This document shows, piece after piece, positions 18,810 to 29,038 of a stretch of DNA of 64,000 bases. Every line of letters starts with the position of its first letter. Positions within the stretch are counted from its first letter, which is position 1. The position numbers and the translations under genes were made by a program. This DNA is from Phycisphaerales bacterium (GTDB lineage: Bacteria > Planctomycetota > Phycisphaerae > Phycisphaerales > UBA1924), in contig OZ245777.1 of assembly GCA_965227775.1 (NCBI GenBank), positions 928,001 to 992,000 on the forward strand, given 5' to 3'. The notes beneath the pieces are model-generated. The model searched no databases, had not been told where the DNA came from, and saw only the letters and a list, made by a program, of their open reading frames with translations.

Positions 18810-20486
18810 TCACCTGGTTGTCGGGCCGCGCGTCGCCGCGGGGTCGTGATCGCGTTCGGGGTCGGTCGGCAGCACGATCGTGAAGGTCGACCCCTTCCCG
18901 GGTTCGCTCGAGATCGTGATGCGCCCGCGGTGGTCTTCGACGACGCGCTTGGTGACGGCCAGGCCGAGGCCCGTGCCGCGCACGCCCTTGCTCGTCTGGA
19001 AGGGTTCGAAGATCGACTTGTGGCGGTCCTTGGGGATGCCCGGGCCGTTGTCGATTACCATGACGTGCGCCTCGCCCGGGCTGCCCGGCCCGCGCGAGTC
19101 CGGCTCCTCGTAGTGCAGGCGCACGGTGATCGAGCCGTTGCCCTGCGGCACGGCTTCGAGCGCGTTGGTCAGCAGGTTCATGAGCGCCTGGTGGATGAGT
19201 GATGCGTCGATCGGTACTGGGGGCACCTCGTCCTCGGCGTCGACGATGAGGGCGACGCCCGCCTGCTCGCACACGGTCTCGAGCAGCTGCGCGCACTCCT
19301 CGATGAGCGGGCGAAGGAACGTGAACTCGATCTCCACCTGGCGTTGGCGGCTGAATGCGAGCATGTTGGTGGTCAGGCCCGCGATGCGGTCGAGGTTGCG
19401 CTTCAGGATGCCCCAGCCCTGCCGCGAGATGTCGAGATCTTCGCGGTCGAGGCCCATCTCGACCAGGTCGGCTCCGCCACTAAGGCCTTGCAGGATGTTC
19501 TTGATCGAGTGGCTGAGGCTTGCGACGGTCTGGCCCATCGCGGCCAGGCGTTCGGTCTGCAGCTTGCCTTGGTGCAATTGGAGATTCGAGAGCGCGATGC
19601 CCGCCTGCTGTCCCACGGCGTGGAGCAATCGCAGTTGCTCGTCGGTAAAGGTCTGGTCGGTCGCTGAGGTATCGATGTAGATCGCACCGAATACGGTCGC
19701 GCGGTGCTCGATGGGCACGCAGATAGCGCTGCGGATGCGAAGGTTCTGCACCGAGTCTCCCGAGGCAAAACGCGGGTCGGTCATCGCATTGGTCGAGAGC
19801 ACGGCCTCTCCAGTGCGCACGGCGTGCAACAGGATGGTCCGGCTGACCTGGATGCGGTCGTCCTCGCGGCCCTTGATGAGCGCTCGGTTCTTGACGGCGC
19901 CGGGCACGAGTTTGCCCTTCTCATCAACGAGCATGACCACGCCGCGCTCGGGCCTGAACTCTTCAAAGATGAGTTCGAGCAGCCCGTGCAGCAGCGCCCC
20001 GCGCGTAACGGACTTGGCGGCCAGCTCGGTGATCTGGTAGACAACGCGCAGGTACTCGAGCGCGTGCTGCTCGGCTGGCGCACCCGTGCCGTTGGTGGCG
20101 GTGGGGGTGTCGCTCGATCTCTTCAGGGTTGCATCGACGCTGGTGGCGATCTCGCCAGGTCTCAAGAGCTCGATCATGTCGAACTCGTCGACGATGCTCG
20201 AGCGTCCGAAGGCGAGCGTGGTCTGGCCGACGGTGATGGTGTCGCCGGTGCGCAGGCGGATGCGGCCCTCGATGGGCTTGCCGTTCACCAGCGTGCCGTT
20301 CTGGCTGTCGAGATCTCGCAGGTACCACTCGCCGCGATCGGGCGTGAGTTCGGCATGGCGGCGACTGACGGCCTGGTCGCCGAGCGGCAGGGCCTCGCTC
20401 GAGCGGCCGAGCATCTGCGGCTCGTTAACGGGCAGCTCGAATCGCTTGCCCTTGGTGGGCCCCTCGATGACGGTCAGCACCAGCAC
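18810..20486 (-). CDS. FHA-GAF-histidine kinase
   Basis: FHA (LGRS, VSRRHA, DLDSQNGTLVNG), GAF (RSAICVPI...IYID), H-box SHSIKNIL, NLLTNA, DNGPGI, GTGLGL. Confidence 0.9.
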   Translation of the reverse strand: MLVLTVIEGPTKGKRFELPVNEPQMLGRSSEALPLGDQAVSRRHAELTPDRGEWYLRDLDSQNGTLVNGKPIEGRIRLRTGDTITVGQTTLAFGRSSIVDEFDMIELLRPGEIATSVDATLKRSSDTPTATNGTGAPAEQHALEYLRVVYQITELAAKSVTRGALLHGLLELIFEEFRPERGVVMLVDEKGKLVPGAVKNRALIKGREDDRIQVSRTILLHAVRTGEAVLSTNAMTDPRFASGDSVQNLRIRSAICVPIEHRATVFGAIYIDTSATDQTFTDEQLRLLHAVGQQAGIALSNLQLHQGKLQTERLAAMGQTVASLSHSIKNILQGLSGGADLVEMGLDREDLDISRQGWGILKRNLDRIAGLTTNMLAFSRQRQVEIEFTFLRPLIEECAQLLETVCEQAGVALIVDAEDEVPPVPIDASLIHQALMNLLTNALEAVPQGNGSITVRLHYEEPDSRGPGSPGEAHVMVIDNGPGIPKDRHKSIFEPFQTSKGVRGTGLGLAVTKRVVEDHRGRITISSEPGKGSTFTIVLPTDPERDHDPAATRGPTTR

Positions 20487-20537
20487 GCCCTTGGTATACG
20501 CCCGCCGAGGCGGCTCGGTCGCATATCGTGACGACCG

Positions 20538-21584
20538 ATGGCCAAGCGAGCCCCGAGCAAGTCGAGCAGGCCGGCCGCCCCGGACGGGAGCGAGCGGGTG
20601 GCGATCCTCAAGGGTCGCGAGGCGTTCCTGCGTCAGCACTATCTCGACAAGCTTCGCGAGGCCCTGGGCGAGGCGACGGGGATGGAGGTCCACACCATCC
20701 GCTTCGACGGCGAGTCGGCCGAGCTTGCCGACGTGCTCGATGAGTGCCGCAGCCCGGGTTTGCTGCCCGTGCACAAGCTGGTGGTGGTGGACAGCGCGGA
20801 CAAGTTCGTGAAGGAGGCCACGCGGCCGGCCTTGGAGAAGTACGCCGACGCCCCCGATGACCGGGCGACGCTGGTGTTGCGTTCAGAAACGTGGCGGCCC
20901 GGCCGGCTGGACAAGGCGGTGGAGAAGGTTGGCAAGGTGATCTCGTGCGAGGCGGTGGGGCCGCAGCAGGCTGCCCAGTGGGCCACGGCGCGGGCCAAGG
21001 GCTTCCACAAGGTGAACCTGCAGGCCGACGCCGCGCGGCTGCTTGTCGACTTTGTGGGTGTCGATCTTGCGCGCCTCGATGCCGAGCTTGGCAAGCTGGC
21101 GACCGATTCCACCGGGCCGCTGGACGCGCCGGAGATCTCGGTTGAGCTCGTGCAGACGCACGTGCGCGCGACGCGCGAGGCCGAAAAGCCCTGGCCGTTG
21201 CAAGACGAGATCATGTCGGGCGATCCTGCGAGAGCGCTGGCGTACGTCGAGCTGTGGATGGGCAACGCGCCGCGCGATCAGGCGGTGCCGGCGATGTGGG
21301 CGTGCGTTGATCTGACGCGCGTGCTGGCGACGGCGGCGCGGATGGCCCAGGCCGGCGCGCCCGAGGGAGCCATCGCCAAGAAGCTCAACATCTGGCCCGC
21401 CCAGAAGGGCGGCGCCATCGTGCGGGCCGCCAAGCGGCTTGGGCCCGCGGGCGCGGCGCGGCTGCACGCGAGCGCGTGCGAGGCAGACGCGGCCATGAAG
21501 CGCGGCGCGCCCGGCCGGCGGACGCTCGAGCGGCTGTGCGTCGAAATCGCAAGCCGCGTGAGCGGGCGGCCCGATACCCGGTGA
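20538..21584 (+). CDS. holA: DNA polymerase III subunit delta
   Basis: ILKGREAFLR, SPGLL..HKLVVV, LVDFVGVDLARLDAELGKL, ADAAMK. Confidence 0.8.
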   Translation: MAKRAPSKSSRPAAPDGSERVAILKGREAFLRQHYLDKLREALGEATGMEVHTIRFDGESAELADVLDECRSPGLLPVHKLVVVDSADKFVKEATRPALEKYADAPDDRATLVLRSETWRPGRLDKAVEKVGKVISCEAVGPQQAAQWATARAKGFHKVNLQADAARLLVDFVGVDLARLDAELGKLATDSTGPLDAPEISVELVQTHVRATREAEKPWPLQDEIMSGDPARALAYVELWMGNAPRDQAVPAMWACVDLTRVLATAARMAQAGAPEGAIAKKLNIWPAQKGGAIVRAAKRLGPAGAARLHASACEADAAMKRGAPGRRTLERLCVEIASRVSGRPDTR

Positions 21585-21644
21585 GTTCACTCGCGGGGCG
21601 GAGGCCCCGGCCCCTATCGCGTGCCAGCGTCGCAGGAGGCGACC

Positions 21645-22802
21645 ATGGACCACCGCCGCATCTTGTTGTGCACGAGCGTCTCATGCGTGCTCGGGCTGTC
21701 TGCCTGCCAGACCCAGCCCGGCAGTGCGGGTGATGGTGCGCCCAGTTCGGCCCTTGAGGACCTGGCCGATCCGCCGCGCGATCCGGCCGCCACGCCTGCT
21801 GGCGAGACTGGGGGGCGATCCCTCGCCGAGATGATGCGGCAATCGGCCGACGACCTGAGCCAGATCATCGCGATGCAGGGCGAGACGCCGCCGCATGGCT
21901 CCGAGGGGGCTGGGTCATCGGGCGAGCGCCGGTCGTGGCAGGACCGCATGGACGAGCAGGATGATGCGGCGCCGACCGTCAGGGCGGACATGGAGCCGCC
22001 CAAGCCCAGCGGGCCCGACGCGACCGAGATCGAAACCTCGGAGAAGACGCCACCGCCGGATCCGATCCAGGGCGTGCTGGAGTATCTCGAGCGGCAATCG
22101 ACCGACCCGGAGCGCGCGTTCTCGGCGGAGCTGCTGGCCGACGCGGTTCGTGAGTTCGCCGATCGGCACGACCATGGCCGCCCGGGCCAGCAGCTGAGCC
22201 CCACCGAGCGCGATCTTGCCGAGTCTCTGGCGCCGCTCCTGCAGGCGCTCGCGGCTGGGGACCGGGCCGACGCGCCGCGGCGGATCGCCGAGGCCATCGA
22301 CGACGTGGCGCGTGCGCTGCCCGACGTGCTGCCCATCAGGATCAACGACGCGGCGCTCGCGACGGATATCTATGGGTTCGCCGCGTATCGCCCGTTCGAG
22401 CGGTACACCTTCCTTGCCGGTCGGAGCAATCGCATGCTGCTCTACACCGAGCCGGCCAGCTTCAGGACGAGCCTTGCCGCCGAGCCCGCCAGCCGGGGCG
22501 AGGCGTCGAATCCCGGCGCGTACGAGGTGGTGCTGGGGCTGGAGCTGCGGCTGTTCAACGAGCGCGGCTCGATGCTGGCCTGGCGCAAGCCCGAGGAGCG
22601 GGTGGTCATCCGGAGCGATCGGCCCAAGGGCGAGATTTATCTGGGCACGGTCATCGATCTGCCGGCCACGCTCAGCGTGGGGCGGTACCAGCTGAAGGTC
22701 ATCGTGCGGGACAAGGCCGACGATTCGGAAGATGAACGGGTCATCCCCATCGAGATCGTGGCCGACCCACGGCTCGTGGGCCGATCGACCCGCGACCGCT
22801 GA
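21645..22802 (+). CDS. Hypothetical lipoprotein
   Basis: AGGAGG RBS; lipobox LSAC; Ig-like C-terminus (LSVGRYQLKVIVRD). Confidence 0.75.
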   Translation: MDHRRILLCTSVSCVLGLSACQTQPGSAGDGAPSSALEDLADPPRDPAATPAGETGGRSLAEMMRQSADDLSQIIAMQGETPPHGSEGAGSSGERRSWQDRMDEQDDAAPTVRADMEPPKPSGPDATEIETSEKTPPPDPIQGVLEYLERQSTDPERAFSAELLADAVREFADRHDHGRPGQQLSPTERDLAESLAPLLQALAAGDRADAPRRIAEAIDDVARALPDVLPIRINDAALATDIYGFAAYRPFERYTFLAGRSNRMLLYTEPASFRTSLAAEPASRGEASNPGAYEVVLGLELRLFNERGSMLAWRKPEERVVIRSDRPKGEIYLGTVIDLPATLSVGRYQLKVIVRDKADDSEDERVIPIEIVADPRLVGRSTRDR

Positions 22803-22976
22803 TCATCCGTATAGATACATGATCGGACGAGACCCCTGCCGCATCGGCAGTGGGTGGCGGGTCCGATCACGATCCGGCCGGCTGTCTGCTAAGGGAGATC
22901 ATGCCAGCCGGGCCCCCGGTGGTGTTTTGGGGCCGCCGGGGGAGAAAGTACGCATCGGGGCGGTCGGTTTGAGGAA

Positions 22977-22993
22977 TTGGCACGGGCCATGCA
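22977..22993 (+). promoter_or_regulatory. Sigma-54 (-24/-12) promoter candidate for clpC
   Basis: TTGGCACGGGCCATGCA = GG-N10-GC, about 140 bp upstream of the clpC ATG. Confidence 0.5.
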
Positions 22994-23130
22994 ACCGATA
23001 CCCCGGAATGTGCCGTTGATCGGCGGGCTTGGTGCCTTCGGTCTTCGGCTCCGCCGCGGGGCAGGAAGGCCTGCTCCGGTGCATGGATCGGACGGCGTTT
23101 GTTCGGTTCGATCCCCATGGAGGTGCGGCT

Positions 23131-25698
23131 ATGTTCGAGCGATTCACTGACCGAGCCCGCAAGGTGATGGGCCTTGCCAACCAGGAAGCCCAGCGCCTCA
23201 ACCACGAGTACATCGGGACCGAGCACATCCTGCTGGGCCTGGTGAAGGAAGGCTCGGGTGTTGGCGCCAACGTGCTGAAGAATCTCGATGTGGACCTTCG
23301 CAAGGTCCGCCTCGAGGTCGAGAAGCTCGTGAAGGCGGGGCCAGAGATGGTCACGATGGGCAAGCTTCCCCAGACGCCGCGCGCCAAGAAGGTCATCGAG
23401 TACGCAATCGAAGAGGCGCGCAGCCTCAACCACAACTACGTCGGCACCGAGCACCTGCTGCTGGGCCTGTTGCGTGAGCAGGACGGCGTGGCCGCCCAGG
23501 TGCTGCGCAACCTTGGCCTGAAGCTCGACGAGGTTCGCGAGGAGGTCCTGAACCTGCTCGGCGCTTCGGGCGAGGGCGGCGGCGGTGGCGAGGAAGGCTT
23601 CGCCAGCGCGGGCGTCTCGGGTGGCAGCAGCAGCGAGGGCCGCAAGGGCAAGAGCCGCACGCCGGCGCTCGACAGCTTCGGCCGCGACCTGACCGAGCTT
23701 GCCAAGGAGAGCTCGCTCGACCCGGTGATCGGGCGTGCGAAGGAGATCGAGCGCGTGGTGCAGATTCTGTGCCGCCGCACGAAGAACAACCCCGTGCTGC
23801 TGGGCGAGGCCGGCGTTGGCAAGACCGCCATCGTCGAGGGCATGGCCCAGCGCATCATCTCGGGCGATGTTCCCGAGATCTTGCACGAGAAGCGCATCGT
23901 GGTGCTCGACCTGGCGATGATGGTCGCCGGCACGAAGTACCGCGGCCAGTTCGAGGAGCGCATCAAGGCCGTGATGAACGAGGTTCGTCGCGCCAAGAAC
24001 GTCATCCTGTTCATCGACGAGCTGCACACGCTCGTGGGTGCCGGTGGTGCCGAGGGCGCGATCGACGCGAGTAACGTCTTGAAGCCCGCGCTGGCTCGCG
24101 GTGAGATCCAGTGCATCGGTGCGACGACCTTCGACGAGTACCGCAAGTACATCGAGAAGGACGCGGCTCTGGCGCGTCGCTTCCAGGCCATCCCGGTCGA
24201 CCCGCCCAACGACGAGCAGACCGTTGAGATCATCAAGGGCCTGCGCGATCGCTACGAGCAGCACCACCGTGTGCGCATCACCGACGATGCCGTCCGCGCC
24301 GCGGTCGAGCTCAGCGGACGGTACATCTCCGGTCGCGTGCAGCCCGACAAGTCGATCGACGTGATCGATGAGGCGGGCGCCCGCGTACGCATCAAGAGCA
24401 TGAGCAAGCCGCCGGACCTCGCCGAGATCGAGAGCGAGGTCGAGCGTCTGGGCGTCGAGAAGGACGAGGCAGTAAAGGCCGCGGACTACGAGCGTGCCGC
24501 CGAGTTGCGCGACCAGGCCGAGCAGCTTCGCAAGAAGAAGGAAGAGATCCAGAAGACCTGGCGCGAGAAGTCCAAGGAGATCGACGGTACCGTCGACGAG
24601 GACATCATCGCCGAGGTCGTTTCGAGCATGACCGGCGTGCCGCTGCAGCGCCTGGAGAGCGAGGAGGCCGACCGCCTGCTCAAGCTCGAGAGCGAGCTGC
24701 ACAAGAAGGTCATCAGCCAGGAAGACGCCATCAAGGCCGTCGCCAAGGCGATCCGTCGTGCCCGTGCGGGCCTGAAGGATCCCAAGCGTCCGATGGGCAG
24801 CTTCATCTTCGTCGGTCCGTCCGGCGTGGGCAAGACGCTGCTGAGCAAGGCGCTGGCCGAGTTCATGTTCGGCGACGAGGACGCCCTCGTGCACCTGGAC
24901 ATGAGCGAGTACATGGAGAAGCACAACGTCAGCCGCCTCATCGGCGCGCCTCCGGGCTACGTCGGCTATGAGGAGGGCGGGCAGCTCACCGAGCGCATCC
25001 GCCGGCGCCCCTACAGCGTCGTGCTGCTCGATGAGGTCGAGAAGGCCCACCCGGACGTCTTCAACATGCTGCTGCAGATCATGGAAGAGGGCCGCCTGAC
25101 CGACTCGTTCGGCCGGAACGTCGACTTCCGCAACACGATCATGATCATGACCAGCAACATCGGTGCTGACCTGATCAAGGGCGGCGGTGGCTTCGGCTTC
25201 CAGAAGCGCTCGACGGACGTGGACTACGACAACATCAAGGGCATCCTGATGAAGGAGATCGAGCGGTTCTTCCGCCCCGAATTCATCAACCGCCTCGATG
25301 ACACGATCGTGTTCCGCCCGCTGACCCGCGACGACCTGGTGCAGATCATCGAGTACGAGGTCAAGAAGGTTGCCGACCGGCTGCGTATCCAGAACATTAC
25401 GATGGAGCTGGACCAGCCGGCAAAGGACTTCCTGATCGACAAGGGTTACAACCCCGACTTCGGTGCCCGGCCGCTGCGCCGAGCGATCGGCCAGTACATC
25501 GAAGACCCGCTCAGCGAGATGTTGCTGTCGGGCGAGATCCAGGGCCGCACGCTCATCAAGGTGACGCGCAAGGGTGAGGACGAGAACCTGTTCTTCAACA
25601 CCGAGAGCCTGCCCGAGCCGCCCAAGGACGAGGACGGCGACGAAGGCGACAAGGGAACGGGCGACACGCCCGTGTCGGCAGGGGCCGAATCGACCTGA
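23131..25698 (+). CDS. clpC: ATP-dependent Clp protease ATP-binding subunit ClpC
   Basis: [12 protein letters not shown], double Clp-N repeat, [11 protein letters not shown] coil, [12 protein letters not shown] ClpP-binding-type loop; GGAGG RBS. Confidence 0.95.
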   Translation: MFERFTDRARKVMGLANQEAQRLNHEYIGTEHILLGLVKEGSGVGANVLKNLDVDLRKVRLEVEKLVKAGPEMVTMGKLPQTPRAKKVIEYAIEEARSLNHNYVGTEHLLLGLLREQDGVAAQVLRNLGLKLDEVREEVLNLLGASGEGGGGGEEGFASAGVSGGSSSEGRKGKSRTPALDSFGRDLTELAKESSLDPVIGRAKEIERVVQILCRRTKNNPVLLGEAGVGKTAIVEGMAQRIISGDVPEILHEKRIVVLDLAMMVAGTKYRGQFEERIKAVMNEVRRAKNVILFIDELHTLVGAGGAEGAIDASNVLKPALARGEIQCIGATTFDEYRKYIEKDAALARRFQAIPVDPPNDEQTVEIIKGLRDRYEQHHRVRITDDAVRAAVELSGRYISGRVQPDKSIDVIDEAGARVRIKSMSKPPDLAEIESEVERLGVEKDEAVKAADYERAAELRDQAEQLRKKKEEIQKTWREKSKEIDGTVDEDIIAEVVSSMTGVPLQRLESEEADRLLKLESELHKKVISQEDAIKAVAKAIRRARAGLKDPKRPMGSFIFVGPSGVGKTLLSKALAEFMFGDEDALVHLDMSEYMEKHNVSRLIGAPPGYVGYEEGGQLTERIRRRPYSVVLLDEVEKAHPDVFNMLLQIMEEGRLTDSFGRNVDFRNTIMIMTSNIGADLIKGGGGFGFQKRSTDVDYDNIKGILMKEIERFFRPEFINRLDDTIVFRPLTRDDLVQIIEYEVKKVADRLRIQNITMELDQPAKDFLIDKGYNPDFGARPLRRAIGQYIEDPLSEMLLSGEIQGRTLIKVTRKGEDENLFFNTESLPEPPKDEDGDEGDKGTGDTPVSAGAEST

Positions 25699-25720
25699 TC
25701 GTTGACGGCATTGCATGAAT

Positions 25721-25761
25721 CAACAACGCCCGGTCGCGTGTTGCGGCCGGGCGTTGTGTTT
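25721..25761. terminator. Intrinsic terminator after clpC
   Basis: acaacgcccggtcgc-gtgtt-gcggccgggcgttgt followed by gttt. Confidence 0.75.
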
Positions 25762-25783
25762 GTCTAGGCCTTGTCGAATGCGT

Positions 25784-26455
25784 CTACTCGCAGCCGAGAT
25801 CGAACTGGTTCTGGAAGCACAGGAAATCGAAGATGGTCAGCGCGCCGTCCTCGTCACAGTCGGCGATGAGATCGCCGGCGTCGAATGCGTTCTGGAACGC
25901 GAGGAAGTCGAAGATGGTGAGTGAGCCGTCTTCGTCGAAGTCGGCGTAGCACGACCCGCCCTCAACCAGGATGTTGTCGAGGCTGAAGAGCCAGCCGTCG
26001 CCGCCGCCCGAGTCGATCTCGATTCGATCGACCGAGGACAGGCCGTCAAACACCAGTCCGGGGAACCAGCTTGAGCCCGTCTGGGGCAGCATCTCGGTGC
26101 CGACAAGCGAGCTGCCCGCGTATAAGCGCATCGGGAAGTCCGAACCCGGGCTGCCGGCGGTATGCAAGTCGAACTCGATGAGGTTGATCGGCGGATCGAA
26201 CTCCATGATCAGCGTCAGGCCGCGGTCGCCGGCGGTGCCACCTGCCGTGGCGTTGCAGACCGACAGCGTACCGAAGTACGACGCGTAGCCCGAGATCGAC
26301 GCCGAGCCAACGTTCGTGCTGAACGTCACGCCCTGGGAGGCGTACTCGTCGGTGATGGGCTGGCCTTCGAAGCCGTCTTCGAAGTCGATGACCTGCGCCT
26401 GCACGGAGCCGCAGGCAACCAAGAACGCGGTAGCGAGACCGATCGTTGTTTTCAT
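25784..26455 (-). CDS. Secreted protein with C-terminal GC-type dockerin module (paralog of 26609-27166)
   Basis: Signal peptide; IDFE...YASQGVTFS; tail CYADFDEDGSLTIFDFL...FDLGCE. Confidence 0.85.
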   Translation of the reverse strand: MKTTIGLATAFLVACGSVQAQVIDFEDGFEGQPITDEYASQGVTFSTNVGSASISGYASYFGTLSVCNATAGGTAGDRGLTLIMEFDPPINLIEFDLHTAGSPGSDFPMRLYAGSSLVGTEMLPQTGSSWFPGLVFDGLSSVDRIEIDSGGGDGWLFSLDNILVEGGSCYADFDEDGSLTIFDFLAFQNAFDAGDLIADCDEDGALTIFDFLCFQNQFDLGCE

Positions 26456-26551
26456 GTCGAAACCCCCTTTGAGGGCCACACGCGGCCCCAGTATGTTCAT
26501 GCTAATGAAAACTGCATCCGAATGCAAGGTCGATTGTCGTGTGTACGCAAT

Positions 26552-26582
26552 GAAAAGGACGCCCCGGTTGGGGCGTCCTTCG
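26552..26582 (-). terminator. Intrinsic terminator after the PEP-CTERM-like gene
   Basis: aaggacgcccc-ggtt-ggggcgtcctt with an A-run on the left. Confidence 0.7.
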
Positions 26583-26608
26583 TTCAACGTACGCGATTGG
26601 TCCGAGAC

Positions 26609-27166
26609 CTAGCGACGGCGACGCATGGCGACCATGCCGCCCAGGCCCAACAGGGCGAGCGACGAGGGCGCGGGAATCTGGACATAGTCCATGTTGTCAA
26701 CGCCGAAGATCCAGGAGTCGCTCACCGAATCGATCTCGACGCGGGTGACGTTCGCCAGACCGCTGAAGTTGATGTCGGTCACGAACGCGGTGCCGGCCTG
26801 GGGCAGTATGTCGGTGGAGACGAGGCCGCCGGAGTTGAAGAAGCGGATCTCGAAGTCCGCTCCGGGCGTGCCGGCGCTGTTGAAGTCGAACTCCAGCTCG
26901 GTGATGGGCGTGGTGAAGTCCATGTTCAGCGTCAGCGCGCGATCACCCAAGGTGCCACCGTCCGTGGCGTTGGCCAGGACGTCCGAGCCGAAGAAGCCCG
27001 AGAAGCTGCTGATCGATGCAGTGCCGCGGCTGGTCGAGAACTCGACGCCCAAGCCGGCGTACTGGGTGTCGACCGGGGTGCCTTCACCCAGTCCCTCAAA
27101 GTCGATGAGCTGGGCGTTGGCAACCGAAGCCAGCCCAGCCGCTGCAATGATTCCTGCGATACGCAT
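26609..27166 (-). CDS. PEP-CTERM-like (PAP variant) surface protein
   Basis: AGGAGA RBS, signal peptide, tail IPAPSSLALLGLGGMVAMRRRR. Confidence 0.88.
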   Translation of the reverse strand: MRIAGIIAAAGLASVANAQLIDFEGLGEGTPVDTQYAGLGVEFSTSRGTASISSFSGFFGSDVLANATDGGTLGDRALTLNMDFTTPITELEFDFNSAGTPGADFEIRFFNSGGLVSTDILPQAGTAFVTDINFSGLANVTRVEIDSVSDSWIFGVDNMDYVQIPAPSSLALLGLGGMVAMRRRR

Positions 27167-27432
27167 GTCATCTCTCCTAACACATGTGTCGGCACGCCCG
27201 CCCACGAGACAGGCGTGCGGGACTATTCTAATAAGCGCGGGGCAGTAGCTACAAAATAACAAGCGATTTTGCTTGTTTTTTCCAGAATGCATGTTTGTGC
27301 GGTCTTCGTTGTGAATCTGCTGAATCTGGGGCACCAAGGAGAGCGGATTCCAGTTATTCGGACTGGTCAGTACTACACATCTCGACGGCCTGGCGGTGCC
27401 TCAACATGAAGCCAACAGGCACACCAACGCAA

Positions 27433-27462
27433 GAGGACCCACGCGGGCACGCGTGGGTCCTC
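27433..27462. terminator. Hairpin downstream of 27497-28144
   Basis: gaggacccacgcg-ggca-cgcgtgggtcctc. Confidence 0.6.
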
Positions 27463-27496
27463 TCGATCGCGCACGAATGGCGTGGGTTGCGAGCGG

Positions 27497-28144
27497 CTAC
27501 TCGCAGCCCGCGTCGAATGCGTTCTGGAAGCAGAGGAAGTCGAACAGGTCCAGCGTTCCGTCGTCGTTGCAGTCGGCCTGGTCGTCGCCCGCGGCGAACA
27601 GGTTCTGGAACTCCAGGAAGTCGAAGATGTCCAGCTGGCTGTCGCCGTTCAAGTCTGCGTAGCACGTGAAGATGCGCACGGCTCCGGGGCCGGAGACTTG
27701 TGCCTGATAGGGCCCTTCGTCGCCAATATCGAAGCCGGTGTGCACGATGAAGTAGGCCACGCCCCCATCCAGCGTGAGGCCTTCGATGCCCGAGTAGCCG
27801 ATGCCGATGCCCGGCAGCATGGACCCAAAGTAGTCGTCGTTCAGGGCGATCAGATTGTCGAGCGGGCTGGCCGGATCGAACGCGGTCTCGTAGACGAGCA
27901 GGTAACCGTCCCAGAGCAAGCCGAAGTTGGTCTGATCGCTCAAGATGGTGTACGAGCCGGTCTCGGTGACCTCGATCTGGAGGGGCTCGAACGCAACATC
28001 GGTGGCGAAACCGCTGAGGGTACCCAGGCCGCTCGGACGGTTGAAGCGGTCGGCGCCGGTGGTATCGCCCAGATATACGAGCTCCTGCGCGTGCGCGGTC
28101 GTGGCGATGGCAAGCAGCAGGCAGGCGGTGGCGGTGCTCTTCAT
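27497..28144 (-). CDS. Secreted protein with C-terminal GC-type dockerin module (paralog of 28256-28798)
   Basis: GAGGAG RBS, signal peptide, tail CYADLNGDSQLDIFDFL...FDAGCE. Confidence 0.88.
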   Translation of the reverse strand: MKSTATACLLLAIATTAHAQELVYLGDTTGADRFNRPSGLGTLSGFATDVAFEPLQIEVTETGSYTILSDQTNFGLLWDGYLLVYETAFDPASPLDNLIALNDDYFGSMLPGIGIGYSGIEGLTLDGGVAYFIVHTGFDIGDEGPYQAQVSGPGAVRIFTCYADLNGDSQLDIFDFLEFQNLFAAGDDQADCNDDGTLDLFDFLCFQNAFDAGCE

Positions 28145-28200
28145 GTTCTTCTCCTCTGCAGGTGGGGCGTACCTACTCAAGGTACTCACTGCAGCGCGTC

Positions 28201-28223
28201 AAAAAAACGCCCCGTGGGGCGTT
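28201..28223 (-). terminator. Intrinsic terminator after the PEP-CTERM-like gene
   Basis: aacgccc-cgtg-gggcgtt with A7 run (U-tract on the minus strand). Confidence 0.65.
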
Positions 28224-28255
28224 CGAAAGAATTCTCTCGGGACAAGCGTCGAGCC

Positions 28256-28798
28256 TTAGCGGCGGCGACGCGCGGCGGCCAGACCACCCAGGCCCAGCAG
28301 GGCCAGCGAGGCCGGAGCCGGGATGATGCGGATGTCGCCGGGGCCGCTGATCGATACCTGGTACGGACCCTGGTCCGGGTTGTCGAAGCCGGTCTGGACG
28401 ACCCAGTAGGTGTTGGCCGAGCTCAGGGTGACAGCGTCAAGACCCGAGTAGCCGACACCGATGCCGGGAAGGCCGGAGCCGAAGTAGTCGTCGTTGAGAG
28501 CGATCAGGTTGTCCAGCGGGCTGGCCGGGTTGAAGCTGTTCTCGTAGACCAGCAGGTAGCCGTCCCACAGGAGGCCGAAGTTGGTCTGGTCGCTCAGGAT
28601 CGAGTAATCGCCATCGGCGCTGACGCCGATGTTGACGGCCTCGTAGGCCACGTCGGTGGCGAAGCCGCTGAGGGTGCCCAGGCCGCTCGGACGGTTGAAC
28701 GTCGGGCCGCCGGTGGTGTCACCGAGATAGTCGAGGTCGCCGGCCATCACAGTGCCGGCCAGGGCCAGCATGGCCCCCGCAGTGATCGTCTTACGCAT
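28256..28798 (-). CDS. PEP-CTERM-like (PAP variant) surface protein
   Basis: GAGGAG RBS, signal peptide, tail IPAPASLALLGLGGLAAARRRR. Confidence 0.88.
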   Translation of the reverse strand: MRKTITAGAMLALAGTVMAGDLDYLGDTTGGPTFNRPSGLGTLSGFATDVAYEAVNIGVSADGDYSILSDQTNFGLLWDGYLLVYENSFNPASPLDNLIALNDDYFGSGLPGIGVGYSGLDAVTLSSANTYWVVQTGFDNPDQGPYQVSISGPGDIRIIPAPASLALLGLGGLAAARRRR

Positions 28799-29038
28799 GT
28801 CTGTCTCCTCTCACCCGTCGCAACAACCGCCTCCTAAGCAGCCGAAGCCTGGGCAACATTCCGGTAGTATGGCCGGAAAGTGATCGCATGTCACTGTGAA
28901 AAACCCTCGATTGCTAAAATTTTGTGAACGAGTCCTTGCCTAACCCAACAGTTGATTTTTGTTAGGTATTAATAACGCCCTCAATCGCTACAGACGGCCC
29001 CCCGACGCGTACCCCATAACCCAGGTACGATCGCTCCG

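Noticed and set aside
22867..25716. 949-aa minus-strand ORF
   Set aside because: Antisense shadow of clpC caused by GC3 bias; no protein-like motifs.
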